DNA from: Paraspadella gotoi | Lineage: Eukaryota > Animalia > Chaetognatha | Direction: 5' to 3' | NCBI GenBank assembly: GCA_051294375.1 | Contig: CM119266.1 | Location: 10,255,677 to 10,319,676 of the forward strand | Length of the DNA: 64,000 nucleotides | The notes under the pieces: model-generated | The model's input: the letters and a program-made list of their open reading frames with translations, nothing else | What the model was told of the DNA's origin: nothing | The model's database searches: none | Translations under genes and position numbers: made by a program | In this document: in pieces, positions 44,301 through 56,500 of the stretch | Layout: every line of letters begins with the position of its first letter | Numbering within the stretch: the first letter of the stretch is position 1

Positions 44301-47300
44301 AAAAATTTTTTAAAAGGATATGGTTTCTTTAGTTACAATTTACACATACAGAGGCAGCAAAAAAAAATGTTGTTAACTCGTAATCATTTCATCACTCCAC
44401 CTTAATGCCCAAGTCTAAGAAAAAAACCTATTATTCATCATATTCCAAACTTTATTGAGAGAAAAGTAATTTCTAAACGATTTCAAAAAATGTTAACAGA
44501 GCTATATTCTATAATTTTAAACATCATATGAATTTTGAATAATTATTTAAGCAATAATTTTTAAATAATCATTTAAAAAAGGCGCTGCAGTTTTTTGTTT
44601 ATTTTTACACATCTATTTTCCGCTGCTCCCTTTTTTTATCATAAAAAATTGTAAAAAAGTCGAGACAACAATTTTCATTCTCAACATGGTCTCATGTTGA
44701 AAATTTATTATTTCCTCAAAAAATGGAGTGCCTCCAACGTTTTTGGACCTGGTGAAATCTTAAACTGCATGGGCTATCTCACTGGACATGCCAAGCGGCA
44801 CGTCAAAGCACGAACGTTTGTTCAAGTTTTGGTAATCACCTCATCAACTATTGACAAACTTCTGGCTGACAGTTCCAAGGCTTACAAGTATTTTCAACGC
44901 TTGCCTTTCGAGCGTTGGAACTAGATTTTGCAACTGCAAAAACAGGTCACCAATGATAAGCAAGAAAACGAGGAGGGCCGCACGATTCGGAATGTAAATT
45001 TAAGCGCATGTAAGCGCAGATGGTCATCGGAAAAGTGCGCCCCTTTGGAAGTATGGCTTTCTTACAATGAAACACTTTTTCAACATGATGATATGTTTAC
45101 TATGGATCGGTACTAAGGAATTGTACATATGCTTGAAGAAACCTACGTGAAGGAATCAAGAACAGATACTGAGGAAAAATTCCTTGAAAATTTAGAAAGT
45201 AGGGTCAACACAATTAATTACATTAAGGTAATTACAGATGTAGTGACCATCACAACTGAATTTGTTTTTTTCTCCACACAAATTATACTATACTAAAGAG
45301 GGAGTTTTTGTAGACCAATACCGATTTACGCTATACAATAGTTTTGTCAAGCAGCTTGTGCATTGGATGCTTGCCTGCATGCCTATGGAAAACATCTTTC
45401 CCCATTTTCGTTACAGCCATATACTTGCACTTAACCGCCTAATGAGCTTTTGGCGAATGTATGCCTTCAAGCATTGGCTGCTTTACAGATTTCCCTCTCA
45501 CATTAAGTTGATAAGTTTTGTCTGGTGTTATTTGCCTCTATACTGTGTCACTGCACCTTTTCACCTGCATGATTCTGTTTGGGGCAGAGATAACGTGTGA
45601 TCCAAAAGACGTTATAAACATTGATGATTTGCAGAGATTATACTCAGGATGGTGTGAAGCTTTTTCCTTTCCGTCCATTCGCACAAATATGCGGAAGTGT
45701 CCAAACAACTGGACACCGTTCCATTCAAAAATCCAACATTTCTAAATTCTCCCGACTGTTGGATGCCAGACAGAAGTGCGGAAAGTCCACAAGCTTGCCA
45801 AGCCTTGTATCAGAAGTTCAAGCGTCGGTATTGGACTTTTACCATGAAGGCCCCTTACTTTGGCGAGGATCGCCGCTGGTGTGTCGCTGTGTTGAAAAAT
45901 GGCACAATTGCTCAACTCTACCTCACTTGCCTTTACTATTGACTCAGACAATTACCATGACGGGATTCGGGATTTCACTATCTACAGCCAAGTCAATTTA
46001 TATTCTTTGCCTTTCTTATCGTCATATCCTTCTTCCTCAATTCTTACATGAGCGTCCACTTTTTGGCCCCACATTTGAGGATAATAAGGCACTCGAGGAT
46101 CATCGGGACAAAGATGGCCCGGCAGCTTCAATACTTGAAGGATAAAAATGTGCCAGACTACTTGGCATCAGCCCTCAGCAACTACGTTAACACTACCTTT
46201 CTCAACATCTTTCCTTGAACAATTTGTTTGTGAAGCTCCAGATCTGCTTCTGCGCGAGTTAAAGTATTTGGCTTTTCGCAAAACTCTACGACGGAGCCGC
46301 TGTTTCAGCAAGAGCAGACTCTCACGACGACCTCATCGTAATGCTATCGGAGATCATGCACCCGCTCTACCTGCCACAAAACGCATCGGTGATTCGTAGA
46401 GGCGACGTTGCCGATATGATTTACTCCTGGGCAAAGGCAGCCTGAGAAAGGAGAGCGTTCACGGACGCGAGTGTCTTTTCAGAGGATTCCGACGAAATAT
46501 TCGGCGACTTGGAAGAAGGGTCTGTCCTTTTGGACGTGGACAGGTGACGACGAACAACGCCAGCGTTTTTTCTCGTTGTATCCAAGGTCCACGTCTTGCA
46601 GATTCTCCAAAATATCCAGTGGCTAAACGCACTCTCAAAATGCTGTTCAGCTCGCTGCCCGACTATTGCTGCCATGCCCATCATTCACGATCGAATAACT
46701 CGCGGGAACTGTCGGGGAACCGAAATTCGACTTGGGAGCATCTTTAATAACTACAGGAGTTTGCTTTGTTCAATTTTTTAAATTTAGGTATCCTATAAAA
46801 TTATCCATACTTGTGAGCATATTCAATATAATGAATTAAAGTTTTTCGATCTGGTACAGGAGCAGTAAGCTTTTCTTAACAGACAGTACCATTGGGACAC
46901 TCTGTATAATATGAAAATCTTAAAATTACTTGTTTTACAATAAAACTATTTTTTTTAAAAAAATTTTATTGCAAAATATAAATTTTTTGAAATTATTTAT
47001 TTCTACACTTTACGCTTATTATCAAGGATATTATTTAAGTAAGTAGAACTCTGAGATAATACGGAATTTTGTAAAAATAAAATTAACCTTCTTTGATGGT
47101 CATGTGATTGCTGTTGTCTCTGATGTTGTTACATGTTTTGTTGTTAGTGAAGTATATCGCTTTTCTCAGATCAAATACAGTTGGGTCTTCACCGCTCTGT
47201 CGGTTTTTAACGTGTTGGTGATGGGGCTGGACTGCGTCCGCGGATGCTTCTTCTACTACATCTGTCGCGGCCACAACTATCGCGGATCCTTGTGCTGTGA

Positions 47301-47474
47301 CTTTTTCGCGTCTTTTATGCCGAATCTCAAAAGTGAGAACCTGAGAGGTTTTATTGTTGAGCCACGTCAAATATTATTATTATTATTATATTATATATAT
47401 ATGAAAGTGGTACAACCAATATAAAAATTATCCATTCATTTAATAAATAAGCTTTGGACAGGATTTGGCTTTGG

Positions 47475-47525
<51 letters not shown>

Positions 47526-50500
47526 ATGGTGACAATTTTACAAGCGCCGGTAGAAATACGCTGTCATTTGCAAACCAAGTGGTTATTTAATTGATTTTAA
47601 AAATTTGTTGAGTAGAATATATTAAAGTCATTTATGTGTTCAAATTTTATATTGATCAGTTAAGATATGCCTTGGCAATGAGTGAAGAAAGTTGGCTTGT
47701 AAAATCGGGTTTCATTTTCTAACTCACTTTTTAGATTCAATTTTTTTTCTTACTTTCAGTAAGTTTTCTGAAGAAATTTAAAATAAAATAATATTAATAT
47801 TATTATCTTCTGAAAGCCCTTTCAAATCTAAAGAGAATGATATACTTGCAAATACTGTAGTATAAAATTTAACCGGCCCAGCTTTAATTTAATTAGGATA
47901 CTCAAAAACAAGATATCTTTCCAAAAATCAATAGCTGGAGGGTAAATTTAAGATTTTTATCAAATTGTGATTGGCTATCTTAAATCTCCTTTTTTCAGTT
48001 TTTTTCATGATACTTATATAAATAATAACATTTTATGTTATAATAATTTAATCAGGTCATATATTTTAAAAAAAGATTTGAAATTTTAGATAATTAACTT
48101 TTGACTCTTTTAATTGAACCAAGGCTGGGCAGCTTAATTTTTATGTTAGAGCTTTCGTAAGTATATCATTCTCTTCATTTTTTAAGGGCTTTCTGAGGAT
48201 ATTAATATTGTTAATATCTTAATAAATACTTTGTTTAAAAAAGTGCTAAAAGTTGAAAAAAAAAAAAATTTAAAAACAGTGAGTTGGAAAATGAAACCCG
48301 ATTTTACAAGCCAACTTTCTCCACTCATTGCCAAGGCATATCTTAACTGATCAATATAAAATTTGAACACATAAATGACTTTAATAAGTTCTACTCAACT
48401 AATTTTTAAAATCAATGAGATAACCACTGGTTTGCAAATGACAGCGTATTTCTACCGGCGCTTGTAAAATTGTCACCATGTATATATGAAAATAAAACAA
48501 AATTTGGAAAGAGTAGCAGAATCTGAGAATTAAAGACAAATTAAGAAAGACAAAGTATTATCTAATGACATCTCAAACGATCTCCCAACCTTTTAAACCT
48601 CCCAGTTATGTGCCAGAGCAACTACTGGATTGACAAGTGGCACCACCGTTTCTCTCATTACATCTTTGCTCAGCTTCTCTACATCGCTTACACCCTCATC
48701 GTCATCTGCCACTTTGTCTTTAAGCTCGCCCAGACCTCGGATACGCACAGGGCCGTCTGCCTCGCTTTCTATCGCAACCTTCTGGCGGGGTTGAATATGT
48801 CGACGCTGGTAGACAACTTGTACGTCGACTGCGGCCGTGTGGCGCAACTTGACGATAATGTCACGGCTGCCGTCGAGGCCGCTATTGCTTCCTGCAGAAA
48901 TTGGGAGAGGGACGAAGATTATGATTATAATTATGATTATGATTATGATTATTTGGACTATAACGGGTCCTCGGTGACAGGCCACGGTGATCTTGAGGAA
49001 CATTACCATGGAAAATATACTAGGTCCACATTAAATAGCGAGCATCATGTCCTTTCCGACTACATCCCGGCACATGTGCCCATTTGCGAAAGGGTGAAGG
49101 AATTCGCCAAACCTTTCCATCGCCTTTGCCGCAGCTGCACCAAAGAATCAGAACCTACTGACTACCTGTTGGACATGTTCTTTTACTTGAGTGGAGCCAC
49201 CACAGTTGGTTACACCTCCGTCGTTGAGTACTGGAATGTTGATCACGTCTTTCATATGGATTTTGAACACAGCTTTAGCATCTTTACCTCCTTTTGTGGG
49301 ATTATGCTTATGGCCATCATGGAAGCTCTTTTTATGTTTCACCTGGTAGAGGAACTGAGGCCAATGCAATGGGCAGACAACCACATTACCAGCCTGCAAA
49401 AGATGATTTTGCAGGAGACGAGATGGCGCGCAGAAAAAAATAACGCATCAACAATAACTGATGCCTCAGATGCCGAATTAATTGAAACAATGTCTCAGCA
49501 GCTGCACCTCACCTTTGTGGAAAGTCACGGAAAGGACATGCTTTCCAACCAAAAATCTGTTAATGCCATGAGAATCGTGGATCCCGAGTATGAGACTATG
49601 CCAACTGTAAAAATGCTTAAATATATATCAACGTTGTGGTTTGTGGACAAGGAAGATCTTATGGGGTTGATGGGGTATGGACATACCCTGACTGTGGTCC
49701 CTGGATTTCATTTATTCTTTAAAGGAGACCTGTTGAGGGATATCATGGTAATAATTGATGGATATGTCGAATATGACTCGATGGATAGAAGGATGCTTGC
49801 TTCGCACAGGTAGATCAATGTATAATTTATGAATTAAGTATATTATTAATGGACATCATACTGAAAAATCTCTGAATTTTGAGTTCACGCATATGTTGTT
49901 TCGTCTACTCGAAATCATTTATCAACTAATGAATAATATTTTTATTTATAATTGATTGATTTTAGTTGATATAAGGCATTCTTGGTGGGAAGTAAAGTGT
50001 ACTTTCAATATATTGGGCAAGGATATTCATTGCCCGGTAGCTGAGACATTGATAACCCGAAGTAAACTGAGTGGCTGAAAAAATGCGATTTAGAGATGTC
50101 CCAAAAGTAGAAAGAGTAAAAAAAGGATAAGGATGTAGGTTCATCTCTCTAATACCATATGGGAAATGAAAATTAGCCCTGAAACTTATACCAAACTTTT
50201 TATACATACATTTCATGTAAAAATTGAAGAAAAACTGAATATCTATAAATCCTGACTTTTTTTATTTGAATGAGCTGTTTAAAAAGTATTTCAATATTTA
50301 TAGGATAATTTTGGGCCAGTATAAATATATGTTTCTTAGAAAGTTAATATAATAAGTTATTCAACTAAATTAGGTTGTGAATTTAATTTAATTAGTTAAA
50401 TTGTTGTCGCGAAATGTGACATTAAAATAAAAAAGTGGTAATTTTTAGTGAAATAAATATATATATGTTTTATTCGTTTACATCAATTAGTTGAAACAGT

Positions 50501-53500
50501 AAATTCAAAAGGGCATACAGCATTACAAGAAAAAAGAAGGGCTCATAATACTTTATTACTTTATTACTTTGTTTCTAAATAAATTTAAACGATTCAAAAT
50601 AAACAATTCAAAGAATTTTTTTAATATCTTTAATGGGATCTGATATGCACAATAGAGTGGAGCACTTCAGAACAAAAATTTGATTTGAGTCAATTAACAA
50701 TAACAATTTTATGCAAGATGGTATGATTATTGAATACAAAAAGTATTTTGTTAATCTTGTTTTGGAAACAGAAAAGCAAAATACAATATATTTATAGTAT
50801 TATCCTTAGACGAAATAACAATTTTTAAGTTTTTCACAACGAATTTTTATTTGTATAGTAGCAGACATGTTTCGAACGTGTATTTCGTTCTTCATCAGTG
50901 CTTTAACAGTATTATCCTTATGAAATAATAAATTTTTTAAAAAATGTTTTGAAATTTTTTTCAAAGATTCTGATTTCTTATAAAAAGTTAGACCAAAAAT
51001 ATAAAACATGTTTTTTTGTCTCTCTGTAGTAGAAACTATTAAATGATAAACTTTTTTGTCGTTTTTGCAGCTTTAACATTAAAATATTATATAACATATT
51101 TTAAAAAAGTTTCTTATTTTTTTCTAACGAATCTGAAACTGTTCTTCAAATTAAAATTACTATAAATAAAATAGAATTTGCTATACTGTTATGCTAAAAA
51201 AATTTTTTAAAGGATATGGTTTTCTTTAGTTACAATTTACACATACAGAGGCAGCAAAAAAATGTTGTTAACTCGCTTAATCATTTCATCACTCCACCTT
51301 AATGCCCAAGTCTAAGAAAAAAACCTATTATTCATCATATCCAAACTTTATTGAGAGAAAAGTAATTTCTAAACGATTTCAAAAAATGTTAACAGAGCTA
51401 TATTCTATATTTTAAAACATCATATGAATTTTGAATAATTATTTAAGCAATAATTTTTAAATAATCATTTAAAAAAGGCGCTGCAGTTTTTTGTTTATTT
51501 TTACACATCTATTTTCCGCTGCTCCCTTTTTTTATCATAAAAAATTGTAAAAAAGTCGAGACAACAATTTTCATTTCCAACATGGTCTCATGTTGAAAAT
51601 TTATTATTTCCTCAAAAAATGGAGTGCCTCCAACGTTTTTGGACCTGGTGAAATCTTAAACTGCATGGGCTATCTCACTGGACATGCCAAGCGGCACGTC
51701 AAAGCACGAACGTTTGTTCAAGTTTTGGTAATCACCTCATCAACTATTGACAAACTTCTGGCTGACAGTTCCAAGGCTTACAAGTATTTTCAACGGCTTG
51801 CCTTTCGAGCGTTGGAACTAGATTTTGCAACTGCAAAACAGGTCACCAATGATAAGCAAGAAAACGAGGAGGGCCGCACGATTCGGAATGTAAATTTAAG
51901 CGCATGTAAGCGCAGATGGTCATCGGAAAAGTGCGCCCTTTGGAAGTATGGCTTTCTTACAATGATACACTTTTTCAACATGATGATATGTTTACTATGG
52001 ATCGGTACTAAGGAATTGTACATATGCTTTGAAGAAACCTACGTGAAGGAATCAAGAACAGATACTGAGGAAAAATTCCTTGAAAATTTAGAAAGTAGGG
52101 TCAACACAATTAATTACATTAAGGTAATTACAGATGTAGTGACCATCACAACTGAATTTGTTTTTTTCTCCACACAAATATACTATACTAAAGAGGGAGT
52201 TTTTGTAGACCAATACCGATTTACGCTATACAATAGTTTTGTCAAGCAGCTTGTGCATTGGATGCTTGCCTGCATGCCTATGGAAAACATCTTTCCCCAT
52301 TTTCGTTACAGCCATATACTTGCACTTAACCGCCTAATGAGCTTTTGGCGAATGTATGCCTTCAAGCATTGGCTGCTTTACAGATTTCCCTCTCACATTA
52401 AGTTGATAAGTTTTGTCTGGGTTATTTGCCTCTATACTGTGTCACTGCACCTTTTCACCTGCATGATTCTGTTTGGGGCAGAGATAACGTGTGATCCAAA
52501 AGACGTTATAACATTGATGATTTGCAGAGATTATACTCAGGATGGTGTGAAGCTTTTTCCTTCCGTCCATTCGCACAAATATGCGGAAGTGTCCAAACAA
52601 CTGGACACCGTTCCATTCAAAAATCCAACATTTCTAAATTCCTCCGACTGTTGGATGCCAGACAGAAGTGCGGAAAGTCCACAAGCTTGCCAAGCCTTGT
52701 ATCAGAAGTTCAAGCGTCGGTATTGGACTTTTACCATGAAGGCCCCTTACTTTGGCGAGGATCGCCGCTGGTGTGTCGCTGTGTTGAAAAATGGCACAAT
52801 TGCTCAACTCTACCTCACTTGCCTTTACTATGTGACTCAGACAATTACCATGACGGGATTCGGGGATTTCACTATCTACAGCCAAAGTCAATTTATATTC
52901 TTTGCCTTTCTTATCGTCATATCCTTCTTCCTCAATTCTTACATGAGCGTCCACTTTTTGGCCCCACATTTGGAGGATAATAAGGCACTCGAGGATCATC
53001 GGGACAAGATGGCCCGGCAGCTTCAATACTTGAAGGATAAAAATGTGCCAGACTACTTGGCATCAGCCCTCAGCAACTACGTTAACACTACCTTTCTCAA
53101 CATCTCTTCCTTGGAACAATTTGTTTGTGAAGCTCCAGATCTGCTTCTGCGCGAGTTAAAGTATTTGGCTTTTCACAAAACTCTACGACGGAGCCGCCTG
53201 TTTCAGCAAGAGCCAGACTCTCACGACGACCTCATCGTAATGCTATCGGAGATCATGCACCCGCTCTACCTGCCACAAAACGCATCGGTGATTCGTAGAG
53301 GCGACGTTGCCGATATGATTTACCTCCTGGGCAAAGGCAGCCTGAGAAAGGAGAAGCGTTCCACGGACGCGAGTGTCTTTTCAGAGGATTCCGACGAAAT
53401 ATTCGGCGACTTGGAAGAAGGTCTGTCCTTTTGGACGTGGACGGTGACGACGACAACGCCAGCGTTTTTTCTCGTTGTATCCAAGGTCCACGTCTTGCAG

Positions 53501-56500
53501 ATTCTCCACAAATATCCAGTGGCTAAACGCACTCTCAAAATGCTGTTCAGCTCGCTGCCCGACTATTGCTGCCATGCCCATCATTCACGATCGAATAACT
53601 CGGCGGGAACTGTCGGGGAACCGAAATTCGACTTTGGGAGCATCTTTCAATACTCGGATTATCTTGAGTCAAGCGGCCACTCTCTCAGCTTGGATACCAC
53701 TAAGTCTTCGGGCTACGTGCTGACGGGAAAGTCTACGAAAGATCACGTGGACTTGGTATGGAAATTCAATTGTGGTTCTCATAAAAAATTTAAAAAAATA
53801 AATGGTGACGTTTGTTTTTTTTTTCCGGGTGCCTTTTTTGATTAGGATTCGGAGGATAACGTAACGGCGTCAAGATTAGTTCCCAGGGAACCAACGACAA
53901 AGGAGCCAAACCGTGGCCTCCACGAAGACACGAAGGCCGCCACGTTGCACAGCTTTCACGCAGGGATTAAAATGATTGATCGATCGTTTGATAAATTGGC
54001 CGATTGATTGTTTTATTGGTCGAATTGAAAAGACGATGCTCTTATCTTATTAAATCATTAATCCATGCGCGATGCTTTCACACTTAACAGGCGACGTCAA
54101 ACGTCAGGCGACTACGAAAGAGACTTTCGCCAAAGCCCACGCGGCGCATCCTGCCGCCGGCCCCGACATCGCCGCGTCCCGCTGCCGAACTCTCTCGCCA
54201 ACCAAATATAAGCTTCGCGTTTTCCTCATCTTTGCCGCGCTTCTCAAGTTGAAGCAGATGCAACTCTGCATCTTCCAGATCTTGCACGTGCAATCGCTGC
54301 ACGATCCATTCATCAACCACATATACTTTCTCGACCTCGTCTTTCTCGCGGAAATCATTATCCGGTTTTGTTATAAACAACAAAGTTTTGAATTGTTAAT
54401 TTCAAGAATACAGTCGTGTTCATTGATACAATGACGTTCATCGTTTACCTTCTTTTTTTTAACGCAAATTTATATTGTGTGTTTTCTTTCTCTTTTGTTG
54501 CCTTTTGAGATTTAAAGATTATTAAGTTGCGATTTGGAAACGATAATTGAATTTTTATTTTACAAAAAAAAAAATGTTCCGAAGCCGAAACGTGCTTGAA
54601 TTTTTTTTATTATCGTTGTCGAATCGCGTTTAAAAACTTTTCTGAAATACAATATTAAATTCACTGTCCGCCCAGATTCCGCATGGGATTTTTCGACGTC
54701 AAAACGGGAGAGATGGTGATGACGCCGTCGAGGATTCGGCGTCACTACGCGTCGCCGCGCAACATCCTCAGCTCTGACGGCGGATTCTTACTCGATCTTG
54801 TCAGCATCGCTCCGTTCCATATCGCCCTCAGATTCATCAAATTCCGTTGGCGCCACGAGCTCGTCGCCGGGCTCTTCGTCGCGCAGATGCTTCCGTGGTG
54901 TTTGAAGGGTGAGTTGGGGAAAGGTGTTTGTTACAATTACGTACATTTAAATACATTTATTAAAGAACTTATACATAAAAAGGTATCTTCTGAAAGCTCT
55001 TAAAAATTTGAAGAGAATGATATATTTAAGAATATTGTAACATAAAAATAAGCCTAACCAGCTTTAATTTAATTGAGGTTATCAAAATTGAAATAATGAA
55101 ATTCTCAAATTTATTTTTTAAAATATCTGAACTATTTAAATTATTATGATTGTTTGGCAATAATAATATAATAATAATTTAATAATTATTCCAAACATGC
55201 TCTTTAGCAATTTTTAATTTAATGGTTATCTTAGTTTTTATTACCTTTGTAAATTTTTTTTATGCGATTTTTACTGATTGTTAAACGCTGACGAAGGCTT
55301 GAAATAGCAAGCCGAAACATGTCAATCTCTTAAAAATAAAAATCGTTGTACAAATTTTAAAGCTTTCTCTAAGTTTTTTAAAAAAATGTTGAGAAAGTTA
55401 GACAAACAAATTTAAAAAAAAAAAATTTGAGTTTTAAAATGAAAGACGATTTTTAAGGCAACTTTTCTCCGTTCATTGCCAAGTCAAATCATAACCAATC
55501 AATATGAAATTAGGATATATAAATGACTTTTTACTACAGAAAAAAAACTTTCAGATTAAAGAGATCTTCAAAGGTTTGCAAATGACGATTTTTTTTTTTC
55601 TAGCGGCGGGTTGCGGTGTGACACCTTGTAAATCTTGCCATTAAAAGATTATCCTTCCAATTCTATCATTTAAGGCCACATCCGTTCATGTTCATGCCTT
55701 CGTCTCTCTCCCTCAAAACCTTTTCCAACCCCCGCACCCCCGTCATCTCCAAGTGGTCCGCGCCCTCGTTTTTCTCGAGATCTTCGCCGCCACCCGCGCT
55801 TCCAAATGGGTCTACCACCACGCGGGCACGCGCATTCTCAAACTGCGACGTCTTCACTCGATCGTCCGCCACGGTGTGATCCTGATGGGGCCGACGCTGC
55901 TCTGCGTGGAGATTTGGTGCCTGACGGGCTGCTCGATCATGGACTTGCCCAACCCGACTCGATGCCCCAAGGGCTCGTGGATGATTCAAAGGCTGAGTTT
56001 CTCCGGCGACGGACGCCCCGGAAATTTCAGTGGAGGTTTCAATCTCGTTTTCTCATTAATTTTTATTATTGTTTACATTAAATGTAGGATTAGAGTGAAA
56101 CTCGTTTTAGTACGAATACAGTACTTTTTTTTATTATCTTTTGTGCATTTTATTCCATTTACCTCTCTCAAGGAATGCCCTTTCCATTGCAAAAAACATA
56201 TTTGTAAAGCAAGCTTGCCGTTGAACAATAAGCGTCCCTAAACCCCCATAAAGGCTGTTCGCGGCATTTTTTTTTTCGTTCTTTTTTATGTTTGCTTATT
56301 AAGTAGTTAATAATAATGGTTGAAATTATCACAAAACTTCTTCCCTTGTTCTTTTAACGTCATCTCATGCACAGTTTGTAACTTTGTATAATATAAAGTC
56401 AGGGGCAAGATAGCTTATTTATTAAATAAATGGATAATTTTTATATTGGTTGTACCAATTTCATAATATATATATTTATAATATTAATAAAAATAATAAT

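Larger units (their letters stand above)
39837..46745 (+). pseudogene. Frameshift-riddled 6.9-kb tandem duplicate of channel exons for repeats II-III (copy of 46746-53647); probably an assembly artefact
   Basis: Colinear with 46746-53647, differing mostly by 1-bp indels. It starts about 640 bp after the 25-N gap at 39174-39198 and ends abruptly mid-exon at GGGAGCATCTTT. Confidence 0.75.

Noticed and set aside
41714-46747. Many medium ORFs resembling separate channel genes
   Set aside because: Fragments of the frameshifted duplicate of exons 48606-49809 and 51625-53755.
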